49,238 nt of DNA from Thermodesulfobacteriota bacterium (GTDB lineage Bacteria > Desulfobacterota > GWC2-55-46 > DRQE01), in contig JBAQMW010000339.1 of NCBI GenBank assembly GCA_049303155.1, positions 1 through 49,238 on the forward strand, given 5' to 3'. Within the stretch, counting starts at the first letter, position 1, and the number at the start of each line of letters is the position of its first letter. Under the pieces are notes generated by a model. That model did not search any database, was not told the origin of the DNA, and was given only the letters and a program-made list of their open reading frames with translations. Positions 22,438-34,114 of the stretch are shown here, piece by piece. Position numbers and translations under genes: made by a program.

Positions 22438-23082
22438 ATGAACAGTGATAAAGGTCATAATATCCAGCAGGCTGAAGAGTACAGGTCTCTTCTCGTGCTT
22501 GACGAGATATCCAAGAACGGGAACGTAACCCAGAGGGATTTGAGCAAAAATCTCGGCATCGCGTTAGGTCTTGTGAACTCCTACATAAAAAATCTCGTGT
22601 CAAAGGGATATATAACAGTTTTGGCAATTCCGAGCAAAAGGTATAAATACTACCTCACGCCGATTGGTTTCACTGAAAAGACACGACTCACTTATGAGCA
22701 TTTAAAAAACTTTACGAACCTGTACCGGGTCGCGAGAAGGGACTTCGGGCATCTTTTCCGCGACATGGAATCTTCCGGAATAAAAAAAATCGTCTTCTGC
22801 GGGGTGGACGAAATAGCCGAGATAGCCTATCTGTCCCTTAAGGAAACGACGCTTGAACTCGCGGCAATAGCGGACGACGAAAAAGAAGGAACCAAGTTCT
22901 TCGGCCAAAACGTCATTTCGATAAAGGAACTGAAAAGGCGCTGCCCCGAGCTTATAGTCATAACGTCCCACAGGGCGGAAGAGTTGAGAAGCGCGCTTCT
23001 TTCCGTTGGCGTGTCCTTCGATGCGATACTCGACATAAGCGGCAGCGGGTGGATTAAAAAGGCAGTCGAAATAAAAGAATAA
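22438..23082 (+). CDS. winged-helix transcriptional regulator with C-terminal Rossmann-like domain
   Basis: VTQRDLSKNLGIALGLVNSYIKNLVSKGYI is a wHTH. C-terminal KKIVFCGVDEIAEIAY..IADDEK resembles the CoA-binding-like domain found at the N-terminus of EPS sugar transferases. Confidence 0.65.
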   Translation: MNSDKGHNIQQAEEYRSLLVLDEISKNGNVTQRDLSKNLGIALGLVNSYIKNLVSKGYITVLAIPSKRYKYYLTPIGFTEKTRLTYEHLKNFTNLYRVARRDFGHLFRDMESSGIKKIVFCGVDEIAEIAYLSLKETTLELAAIADDEKEGTKFFGQNVISIKELKRRCPELIVITSHRAEELRSALLSVGVSFDAILDISGSGWIKKAVEIKE

Positions 23083-23093
23083 AGGACGGCAAA

Positions 23094-24419
23094 ATGGCTC
23101 AAAAAAACAGGATATCCGAGCTTTTGAAAAAGATAGATTCCTCAAAGGCCAAGGTCGGGGTCATAGGCCTGGGCTACGTCGGGTTGCCTCTCGTGCTTCG
23201 ATTTTGTGAAGAGGGGTTTAACGTTACGGGCTTTGACGTTGATATCGAGAAGGTAAAATCCCTCACAAAGGGAAGGTCTTACATAAAGCACATCCATTCT
23301 TCTTCCATTAAAGAGGCGGTTTCAAAAGGGCTTTTAAAGGCAACAGGCGACATGTCGAAATTAAAAGACATGGACGCGATAATAATCTGCGTGCCCACCC
23401 CCCTCACCTCCATGCGCGAGCCTGACATGAGTTATGTCGTTGGCACGGCGAACGAGATAGCGAAGTTCATAAGGCCGGGACAGCTCGTCTCCCTTGAATC
23501 CACCACATATCCGGGCACTACCGAAGAGTTGCTTCTTCCGAGATTCGAGAAAAACGGGCTTAAAGCCGGGAAAGACTTCTTCCTCGTGTTTTCGCCTGAA
23601 AGAGAAGATCCCGGCAGGAAAGACCACTCTACAAAGACCATACCGAAGGTTGTGGGAGGGGTTACCAAAAACTGCCTAAAGGCAGGTGTCGCGCTTTACT
23701 CGAAGGTCGTTGATACCGTTGTGCCGGTATCTTCGACAAGGGTTTCCGAAATGACGAAGCTCCTCGAAAACATCTACCGTTGCGTGAACATAGCCCTCGT
23801 GAACGAACTAAAGATGCTCGCCGACAAGATGGGCATGGACATCTGGGAGGTAATAGAGGCATCGAAGACAAAGCCATTCGGGTTTCAGGCCTTTTATCCC
23901 GGCCCCGGTCTCGGAGGGCACTGCATCCCGATTGATCCTTTTTATCTTTCGTGGAAGGCGAGGCAATTTGACTTCCAGACAAGATTCATAGAGCTTGCCG
24001 GAGAGATAAACACTTCCATGCCTTATTACGTCGTGGGAAAGGTGATTGACGCTCTTAATTCCAAAGGCGCGGCGATAAAAGGCTCGAAGATTCTGATTTT
24101 GGGCGCGGCGTACAAAAAAGACGTTGACGACATGAGGGAATCTCCGGCCGTGCACGTGATAGAGATTCTTCAGAGTAAGGGCGCGAAGGTTGATTACAAC
24201 GACCCCTATGTGCCGAAATTGCCGAAGCTCCGCGGCCACACGCTGAACATGAAAAGCGTAAGGCTCGACAAAAAGACGATAAAAAAATACGGCTGTCTCG
24301 TGCTAATTACCGACCATTCTTCTTATGATTATAAATGGCTTGTCAAGGAATCAAGAATACTCGTTGATGCAAGGGGTGTCACAAAAGGCATAAACGCCAA
24401 AAACATAGTGAGGGCTTAG
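23094..24419 (+). CDS. nucleotide-sugar 6-dehydrogenase (UDP-ManNAc / UDP-GlcNAc dehydrogenase family)
   Basis: 441 aa. N-terminal KVGVIGLGYVGLPL NAD fold, catalytic Cys context GPGLGGHCIP, C-terminal UDP-binding domain. Confidence 0.85.
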   Translation: MAQKNRISELLKKIDSSKAKVGVIGLGYVGLPLVLRFCEEGFNVTGFDVDIEKVKSLTKGRSYIKHIHSSSIKEAVSKGLLKATGDMSKLKDMDAIIICVPTPLTSMREPDMSYVVGTANEIAKFIRPGQLVSLESTTYPGTTEELLLPRFEKNGLKAGKDFFLVFSPEREDPGRKDHSTKTIPKVVGGVTKNCLKAGVALYSKVVDTVVPVSSTRVSEMTKLLENIYRCVNIALVNELKMLADKMGMDIWEVIEASKTKPFGFQAFYPGPGLGGHCIPIDPFYLSWKARQFDFQTRFIELAGEINTSMPYYVVGKVIDALNSKGAAIKGSKILILGAAYKKDVDDMRESPAVHVIEILQSKGAKVDYNDPYVPKLPKLRGHTLNMKSVRLDKKTIKKYGCLVLITDHSSYDYKWLVKESRILVDARGVTKGINAKNIVRA

Positions 24420-26885
<2,466 letters not shown>

Positions 26886-26899
<14 letters not shown>

Positions 26900-27548
26900 G
26901 TTAGGCGTACTGGCCGTATCTCTGGTAATCATCGTCATGTGCACGCCTCTTGCGAATCTGCTTGCGTCGTTTCTCTCGGTGGACGGAGAGTTGAGTCCGG
27001 CGGACGTTATTGTGGTGCTTAGCGGCGGTTCGTATCCGGACGGGGTCATGAGCCGCTGGACTCTCGAGAGGACGGTCTGCGGGATAAGGCTGTATAAAAG
27101 AGGCATGGCGTCGAGGATTTTATTCGCGGGAGGGCCTCCGGCAAACGCCAGGAAGGTGCTCGGAAGATATTTTTTCGGAAGCGGAGACGGAACGGTTAAG
27201 GGTGTGATGTCGGACGCCTGTGCCATGAAAAAGCTGGCGATGGAGTTCGGAGTTCCGGAAGAGGCGATTATGGAGGACGAGCATTCTTTGCATACGTACG
27301 AAAACCTTGAGAACGCCGCGCTGCTTATGCGGGAAAAGGGCATGAAGACGGCGCTACTTGTAACGTCCCCCCTGCACATGAGGCGGAGCATGATGGTTGC
27401 GAAAAAGATAGGGCTAAGCTTTATGCCCGCCCCCACTCACGCGACCGACGCGCACAGGAAGCACCCGCTCGAGAGGCTCATACTTTTTCATTTCGCGTTG
27501 CGGGAGTATGCGACGCTCGTTCTTTATAAGGCAAAGGGGTGGGTGTAA
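26886..27548 (+). CDS. DUF218 / YdcF-ElyC family protein
   Basis: N-terminal TM, ADVIVVLSGG, ILFAGG, SLHTYENL, LLVTSPLHMRR motifs typical of DUF218. Confidence 0.75.
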
Positions 27549-27579
27549 ACGCCTTAATTTATAGACGGAGGAATCAACC

Positions 27580-28725
27580 ATGTCATACATCAATAAACTG
27601 AAGGCATTATGGGGATTGGAGGATATAAGCGGCGCGGTTCACGGGCTCGTATCCAATCCTAAGAAGTTAATGAATCTGGCCAAGTTCTTTTTCGAGAGGC
27701 CGTTTAATCCGATCGCGCCGCATTACTATCCTCTGACGCTTATGGTGGAGGTTTCCACGGCGTGTAATCTGAGATGCCCTACATGCGAGCGCGAACTCTT
27801 CAAGCATAAGGGTCTTGTGCCGAAACAGCAGGTAAGCATAGAAAACGTCGAAAGGCTGCGCCCTATCTTGCCCTATGTGTACAGCGTATATTTCGTGGGA
27901 GGGCTCGGCGAGCCGTTTTTGAATCCTGCGTTTTGGGATATGCACCGCATTATCAAGGGGTATAAGGTAAAGACGGGGTATTTTTCAAATGCGGCCATGT
28001 GGGATGACGACATAATGGAAAAAACCATACGGGAGGGCGTTAATTCCGTGCTCGTATCGATTGATTCCCATATTCCTGAAAAATACGATGAAATAAAACT
28101 CGGAGCGCATTTCAATCAGGTTATAGCCAATGTGAAGCGGCTCGGCGAGATAAGGAAAAAATTTCCTGCCGCCGATTTCAAGCTTGGACTTAACTATATT
28201 CAGCGTTCCGACACGTACGAGGACATGCCGGAATTTCTTAACTTCGCGCGTGGACTCGGTGCGGATTTCATAATCTTTACGGCGCTGATAGTGCACGAGG
28301 AGAAGTTCGCGGACAAAAGCCCGTACCTTGTTGACGTGGGAAAGAGGGCAAAGGTTTACGCCGAAGTGCGGAGGAAGGCCGCCGAGTACGGTATGACCAT
28401 TCGGTTGCCGGAGCTTGTGATGAGCGATGTTTACGATAAAACCTGCAACAGCGCGTGGCGTTGTCTGTCGGTGTTCGAGAACGGAGAAGTTTGCTTGTGC
28501 CCGTACTTTAGGTCTGAAAGGGAATTTTATTTCCATGCCGATGGAAGGAGCATAAAGAGATACGCCAGGGTGATGAATGACACCTCGGTCGGCAACATAT
28601 ATAAGGAAAACATACTGGACATATGGAACAGCTCCAAGGCGCAGGAAATGAGGCGGAGTATACGGTCGGGCAAGGGGGTTCCCAATCCGTGCGACACTTG
28701 TTATTTCCGTTACAATCTGCATTGA
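27580..28725 (+). CDS. radical SAM protein with SPASM/twitch-like C-terminal Cys cluster (1)
   Basis: VSTACNLRCPTCE (CxxxCxxC), GGLGEPFLNP. C-terminal CNSAWRC..VCLCPY..CDTC. ggagg SD. Confidence 0.85.
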   Translation: MSYINKLKALWGLEDISGAVHGLVSNPKKLMNLAKFFFERPFNPIAPHYYPLTLMVEVSTACNLRCPTCERELFKHKGLVPKQQVSIENVERLRPILPYVYSVYFVGGLGEPFLNPAFWDMHRIIKGYKVKTGYFSNAAMWDDDIMEKTIREGVNSVLVSIDSHIPEKYDEIKLGAHFNQVIANVKRLGEIRKKFPAADFKLGLNYIQRSDTYEDMPEFLNFARGLGADFIIFTALIVHEEKFADKSPYLVDVGKRAKVYAEVRRKAAEYGMTIRLPELVMSDVYDKTCNSAWRCLSVFENGEVCLCPYFRSEREFYFHADGRSIKRYARVMNDTSVGNIYKENILDIWNSSKAQEMRRSIRSGKGVPNPCDTCYFRYNLH

Positions 28726-28726
28726 T

Positions 28727-30154
28727 ATGACGACGCACAGGATAATAAAAAACCTGTTTCTAATGACGTCGGCGCAGATGATCGGCGCGATACTGCACAT
28801 GGCGTCGTTTATTTATCTCGCGAGGACACTCGGGCCGGAAAACTTCGGGAAGCTTAATTTCTCGGAAGCGATACTGGTTTATTTCCTGATACTTTCAAAC
28901 CTTGGGCTCGATATGCTTGGTACGAGGCATCTCGCAAGGGAAAAAGACGGCGCGGCGCGAAAATCGTTAGTAGAGCGTATCGTAACGCTTAAGGTGTTTT
29001 TGGGCTTGTTTGCCTTTATCTTTTTTCTCGCGTTTATATGGCTTGTGAATAAGCCGGAACAGATAAAAATGCTGCTTCTTTTTTACGGCTTTTCGATATT
29101 CCCGTCCGCATTTTTCATGGACTGGGCATTTCAGGGCGTTGAAAAGATGTCATACAATGCCGTTGCCGTCATATTGAGGGAGGCGGTTTTTCTTGGCGCA
29201 GTGGTTGTGATGATTGACGGTCCGCATATGCTGGCCGTGGTTCCGGTAATTTTCATATTCGCCAGGATAGCTCCGGCAATGTATTTCATGTGGGCATTCA
29301 AGAGACACTTTGGCAGGTTTAGCCTGAAGTTCGACTTTGCTTCGTGGATTGGATTGGCGAAGGAATCTTTGATACTCGGGTATTCGATATTAGTGATACC
29401 CATATTTTACAACCTCGATATCATAATGCTTGGTTTTATGAAGACCGATAAGGAGGTAGGTTATTACAACGCGGCGTATAAACCCATACTTTTTTTCGTT
29501 ATACTCGTGAGCACATATTATACGGTCATATTTCCCCGGGCGGTATATTGTTACAGAGAGGCAAAAGACGAACTTGAGAGATTGCTGTCGTATTCCGTGA
29601 AGCTCATGTTTTTTTTCATCCTGCCCGTCAGTATCGGCGGAACCATGCTCGCAAAGCCTCTTATAAACATGTTTTACGGCCAGGCCTATAATGACGGGGT
29701 GACGGCGTTTCAGATACTCCTGTGGTCTCTTTTTGTAATTTCCATTGGCACGATATACGGCCGGGGGCTTGTCGCGTGCGACAGGGAAAAATTGTTTGCC
29801 GTAGGGTTGACCGTTGGAGCTGTATCCAATTTGGCGTTCAATTTGGCTCTCATACCTCCGTACGGACCGACTGGCGCGGCGGCGGCTACCGTGATGTCGG
29901 AGATTATAAATCTCTATATTTACCACTGGGGTTTACGAAAAGTCATTAAAGTCAGTTTCGGGAAAGAGATATTAAAGTCGCTTGTCGCCTCATTTGTCAT
30001 GGCGGTATTCATAGGCGTAGGTCTTGTCGTCGGATGGAACGTCATATCGATAATTATCGGCGCAGGGCTCCTTTATATAGCCGTACTTTACGCTATTAAA
30101 GGCATAACAATGGACGAGATAAGAATGGTACGAGAAGGTATTTTAAGGGGGTAA
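28727..30154 (+). CDS. MOP-family polysaccharide flippase (Wzx-like) 2
   Basis: 475 aa, multi-pass membrane protein. N-terminal IKNLFLMTSAQMIGAILHMASFIYLARTLG parallels flippase 1. Confidence 0.8.
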   Translation: MTTHRIIKNLFLMTSAQMIGAILHMASFIYLARTLGPENFGKLNFSEAILVYFLILSNLGLDMLGTRHLAREKDGAARKSLVERIVTLKVFLGLFAFIFFLAFIWLVNKPEQIKMLLLFYGFSIFPSAFFMDWAFQGVEKMSYNAVAVILREAVFLGAVVVMIDGPHMLAVVPVIFIFARIAPAMYFMWAFKRHFGRFSLKFDFASWIGLAKESLILGYSILVIPIFYNLDIIMLGFMKTDKEVGYYNAAYKPILFFVILVSTYYTVIFPRAVYCYREAKDELERLLSYSVKLMFFFILPVSIGGTMLAKPLINMFYGQAYNDGVTAFQILLWSLFVISIGTIYGRGLVACDREKLFAVGLTVGAVSNLAFNLALIPPYGPTGAAAATVMSEIINLYIYHWGLRKVIKVSFGKEILKSLVASFVMAVFIGVGLVVGWNVISIIIGAGLLYIAVLYAIKGITMDEIRMVREGILRG

Positions 30155-30157
30155 GAT

Positions 30158-31552
30158 ATGTCGAAAAAAGTCGTATTGGTATCTCCGGGTTCGAGTCAGA
30201 GGAGTTGGGCGTCTCCTCATCCGCCGATAAATGTAGGGTATATAGCGGCGTATCTTGAGGCGCACGGGGTAGAGGTTCGCATAGTTGATGAACTTGCCGG
30301 GCAGGACGCGAGGGAGGCTTTTTTAAGGTTAAAGCCGGATATAGTAGGTATAACCGCCACGACGCCGCTTGTGCCCGACGCGTATCGCGTCGCCGGCATA
30401 GCCAAGGAATTGGGGATACTCACGGTAATGGGCGGGAAACACGCTATGATATTGCCGGAAGAGGCGCTCATGCACGTTGATATTGTCGTGCTCGGAGAGG
30501 GCGAGAAAGCCATGCTCGACATAGTGAACGGCGCGAGGGATAGAGTCATAAGGGTGCCGTATTTCAAGAGCCTCGACGAGGTGCCTTCGCCGGCGTGGCA
30601 TCTGATGGATATGGAGTTTTATCTGACGAGCAAGGAGCGGACCCCGTCGAACCATTTGAGGCTTTTTCCGCCTAAAAGCAGGATTGCCGCGCTCATATCC
30701 ACGCGCGGGTGTCCGTATTCCTGTATTTTTTGTTATAACAGCTGGAGTGACGCGCCACTGCGTTCGCACAGCCCCGAAAGGGTTTTGTCGGACGTTAAGC
30801 ACCTTATGGAAAAATACGGGGCGAACGCGTTTTTCTTCATGGACGATGATTTCTTTGTGCCGAGGAAATGGTTCAAAAGAATATGCGAGCTTTTTATATC
30901 CGAAGGGATAAATAAAAAAATTATATGGGGTTGTCAAACAACCGCCGACCATGTCAGCGGCGAGTATCTTGAATTGGCGAAGAGGGCGGGTTGTTATCAG
31001 GTCGGTTTCGGATTCGAGAGCGGTTCTCAGCGGATACTCGAGATGTTGAAAAAACAAAAAACAAGCGTTGAGGATAACGCCAAGGCCGCGAGGCTTTGCC
31101 GGGAGACCGGAGTGAAGTCGTGGGCGACGTTCATGATAGGCAACCCGACTGAAACTATGGAGGACATTCAGGCGACTTTCGATTTCATAAGAAATAATCC
31201 CATAGACGGAGTAGGCATACACGTTACGACGCCGTTTCCGGGCACCGAGCTGTGGAACTGGTGCAAGGAAAGAAATCTCATACCCGAAAAGCTCGACTGG
31301 TCCATATTCGACACCGGACACATTACTATCCCGGCTTGTGACACCATACCGCCTCAGGATATAGAAAGATTGAGGGACGAGATGCAATATTATTTTCATC
31401 CCATAAGCCTCAGGCACGTCTTGAGCAGAAAAAGCGTCATACTGGAGGCTATGAAACATCCTGCCTCGGCAATGAAAAGGCTTAAGTTCCTCAATGTGTT
31501 CAAGGGTGTCTCCCGCGGCGGTGGAAGCGACAGGTACAGACTTAAAATTTAA
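30158..31552 (+). CDS. B12-binding-domain radical SAM protein (class B) 1
   Basis: N-terminal Rossmann-like cobalamin-binding domain (VVLVSPG..IVGITATTP..GGKHA), then STRGCPYSCIFC (CxxxCxxC). Confidence 0.85.
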   Translation: MSKKVVLVSPGSSQRSWASPHPPINVGYIAAYLEAHGVEVRIVDELAGQDAREAFLRLKPDIVGITATTPLVPDAYRVAGIAKELGILTVMGGKHAMILPEEALMHVDIVVLGEGEKAMLDIVNGARDRVIRVPYFKSLDEVPSPAWHLMDMEFYLTSKERTPSNHLRLFPPKSRIAALISTRGCPYSCIFCYNSWSDAPLRSHSPERVLSDVKHLMEKYGANAFFFMDDDFFVPRKWFKRICELFISEGINKKIIWGCQTTADHVSGEYLELAKRAGCYQVGFGFESGSQRILEMLKKQKTSVEDNAKAARLCRETGVKSWATFMIGNPTETMEDIQATFDFIRNNPIDGVGIHVTTPFPGTELWNWCKERNLIPEKLDWSIFDTGHITIPACDTIPPQDIERLRDEMQYYFHPISLRHVLSRKSVILEAMKHPASAMKRLKFLNVFKGVSRGGGSDRYRLKI

Positions 31553-31566
31553 TCAAGAGGTAAAAT

Positions 31567-32676
31567 ATGAATTGGATAACCTTTAAATATCACGCGAAAA
31601 GGCTTTTAAGGATGATCGGATACCGCGGCATAGGGTATACCGCAAGGTATCTTTTTATCGTGGCATTTTATAACGTTGAATTTTTGCAAAAACTCTTCTT
31701 GACGAAACTTTATCCGTGGTTCGTCTTCTATCCTAGATACGTGGAGGTTGAAATAACCACAAGGTGCAATCTCTTATGCACTATGTGCGAGCATACGTAT
31801 TGGGATGAAAAAAGCATGGATATGTCTCTTGAGCAATTCAAGCGCGTCGTAGACGAATTCCCGAAGCTTAAGTACATAGGGCTTACAGGGATAGGGTCGA
31901 GCTTCCTCAATAAGGATTTTTTAAAGATGTGCGAGTATGTAAAATCCAAGGGGTTGTACAGCGAAGTGTATGACACGTTCCTTTATACCGACGAAAAGGT
32001 CGCGAAGGAGCTTATAAGGATAGGAATGGACAGGCTTATCGCATCCGTTGACGGAGCCACCAAAGAGACCTACGAGAAGATAAGGGTCGCTTCCGATTTC
32101 GATGAGGTTATATCGAACGTCAGAAGCCTCGTGAAACTCAAGAAAGAGACCGGCGCGAAATATCCGGAGATAACCTTTCACTATATAGTCATGAAAGACA
32201 ACGTCAATGAGATCGTTCCCTTCATAGATCTGGTTCATTCCATCATGGAAGGGGAGGACGCGGCTGTTTTTTATACGGCGCTCTTGCACCCGTTTAAAGA
32301 GGTCGAGCATATGGCGTCCGGCGTGCCGGATGACATTATCGAAGAGGCCGAAAAGAAGGCGCGCGCACTCGGCGTCAAGATAGCATGGAATAAAAATATT
32401 ACCGAGAAAGAGCCCATTTCCAATTGCACGGAATGGACGACTCCGTTTATTCACGTGGACGGCACGGTTATTCCGTGTTGCGCGGGCAATGAGGCGAACG
32501 CGAGGCAATTTCAGCGCACTACGTCCATGGGGAATATCTTTGAAAAGACATTCAAAGAGATTTGGTACGGCGAGAGGTATAAAAAGCTTCGCGACGACTT
32601 GCACGATGGCAAGGTGCCGCCGGCGTGCGTTAATTGCACCATATATGACATAAAGGAAAAACCTTCCGACAGGTAG
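31567..32676 (+). CDS. radical SAM protein with SPASM/twitch-like C-terminal Cys cluster (2)
   Basis: ITTRCNLLCTMCEH, LTGIGSSFLN. C-terminal NCTEW..IPCCAG..CVNC. Paralog of 27580..28725. Confidence 0.85.
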   Translation: MNWITFKYHAKRLLRMIGYRGIGYTARYLFIVAFYNVEFLQKLFLTKLYPWFVFYPRYVEVEITTRCNLLCTMCEHTYWDEKSMDMSLEQFKRVVDEFPKLKYIGLTGIGSSFLNKDFLKMCEYVKSKGLYSEVYDTFLYTDEKVAKELIRIGMDRLIASVDGATKETYEKIRVASDFDEVISNVRSLVKLKKETGAKYPEITFHYIVMKDNVNEIVPFIDLVHSIMEGEDAAVFYTALLHPFKEVEHMASGVPDDIIEEAEKKARALGVKIAWNKNITEKEPISNCTEWTTPFIHVDGTVIPCCAGNEANARQFQRTTSMGNIFEKTFKEIWYGERYKKLRDDLHDGKVPPACVNCTIYDIKEKPSDR

Positions 32677-32701
32677 AGCGGATGCGTTAAGAGCGGCTTA
32701 T

Positions 32702-34114
32702 ATGAGCATGAAGGATTCCATACTCTTTATAGATCCGCCGGCCAGCGTGGTCGGTACAAATTCTGGTTTGGGCTATCTGGCGGGTTCGCTTAATGAAAAG
32801 GGCGTCCGTGTTCGCGTTTTGGATTTCAATAACAACCAAAACAACCAGAAAGAGCGCCTTTACGCGGAACTCAGAAGCGGCTTTAAACTTGTGGGTTTTT
32901 CCGTAAAGACGAACACCATATTGATGGCTATGCAAATAGCCCGGTGGTGCAAGGATTTTTCCGGTGATATAGTGTTGTTCGTTGGCGGGCCGGGTGTGAC
33001 GGTGGCAGGGCCGCAATTTTTGGATGAGTATGGGATATTTGATTACGCGTTCGTGGGCGAGTCGGAAAGGTCCATATGCGACTTTATCGACTGCGTACGC
33101 GGGGAAAAGAGCCATGAGAGCGTAAAAGGGCTGTGTTATAAGCGCGGCGGAGCAGTTATTGCAAATCAGGCGGAAGTGCCGTTGGAACTTGACGCTATTC
33201 CGTTGCCTGATTATTCGGCGTTTGACACGTTCGAGCTTAAATATGGCTATCCGCTCGTCACAAGCAGGGGTTGCCCATACGATTGTAGCTATTGTAGCGT
33301 AAAGCTTGTGAGCGGAAAGCGCTTCAGGGCGCGTTCACCTGAAGGCGTTTTGAAAGAACTTAAGTTGGCCAAGGAAAAATACGGGGCCCGCGAGTTTCAG
33401 GTGCTTGACGACACGTTCACGCAAAAACTGGAGCGCACCAAGAAAATATGCGAGCTTATGATAAGCGAAAATATCGGCATGAGTTGGGTTTGCCCGAATG
33501 GTATCAGGGCCGACAGGGTAGATAGGGAGCTGTTTAGGCTCATGAAGGATGCCGGTTGTAAGGGGGTTTGGCTTGGCATAGAAAGTCTCGACAGGGATGT
33601 TTTTAACGCGATAAAAAAAGGCGAGGATATCGAGGATATCCTCAACGCCGTCAAGATGGCTCAGGACGCTGGCATAGACGTAAGCGCGTTCTTTATCATA
33701 GGGCTTCCGGGCAGCACGTACGCGAAAGACATGGAGACCTTTAAGAAGGCAAAAAAACTTCGCTTAAAGTTGACGACATGGAGCATCGCCACGCAGTATC
33801 CGCACACAGCATTATGGGATTGGGTTCAGAAAAACGGGAGGGTCTTGAGAGATTACAGGGAAGTATCGTTTTTTGTCGAGCCGAAGTGCGTTTTTGAGAC
33901 GGACGATTATACCGAAAAGGAAAGGCTCAAAGTTTTTTATAAAGCGAATCTTGCCTTTTCGAGATACGATTGTCTGACTGCGCAAAAAAGTTGGACGAAA
34001 AGGATACTGGCCGTTCTAAAGATAATCATTTTATACGATGCGTGCAGACTGCCGATACATCTTGCCGTAGGCGGCTGGATGATGGCAAAAAGGGCATTTG
34101 GGCAAGTGCGATGA
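32702..34114 (+). CDS. B12-binding-domain radical SAM protein (class B) 2
   Basis: N-terminal B12-binding-like domain, TSRGCPYDCSYCS. Paralog of 30158..31552. Confidence 0.85.
   Translation: MSMKDSILFIDPPASVVGTNSGLGYLAGSLNEKGVRVRVLDFNNNQNNQKERLYAELRSGFKLVGFSVKTNTILMAMQIARWCKDFSGDIVLFVGGPGVTVAGPQFLDEYGIFDYAFVGESERSICDFIDCVRGEKSHESVKGLCYKRGGAVIANQAEVPLELDAIPLPDYSAFDTFELKYGYPLVTSRGCPYDCSYCSVKLVSGKRFRARSPEGVLKELKLAKEKYGAREFQVLDDTFTQKLERTKKICELMISENIGMSWVCPNGIRADRVDRELFRLMKDAGCKGVWLGIESLDRDVFNAIKKGEDIEDILNAVKMAQDAGIDVSAFFIIGLPGSTYAKDMETFKKAKKLRLKLTTWSIATQYPHTALWDWVQKNGRVLRDYREVSFFVEPKCVFETDDYTEKERLKVFYKANLAFSRYDCLTAQKSWTKRILAVLKIIILYDACRLPIHLAVGGWMMAKRAFGQVR

Noticed and set aside
27985-28800. 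Long minus-strand ORFs antisense to the glycan and radical SAM genes (27985..28800, 29390..29926, 30329..31459, 31921..32604, 36049..36858, 39669..40217)
   Set aside because: Each lies fully inside a plus-strand gene with strong catalytic motifs. The translations are Arg/His/Tyr-rich low-information sequences typical of antisense frames.
27548-32702. A RiPP precursor peptide gene next to the SPASM-like radical SAM enzymes
   Set aside because: Intergenic gaps are no more than about 31 nt, and no short same-strand ORF with an SD was found between or beside these genes. The peptide-maturase interpretation is therefore not supported by what I can see.
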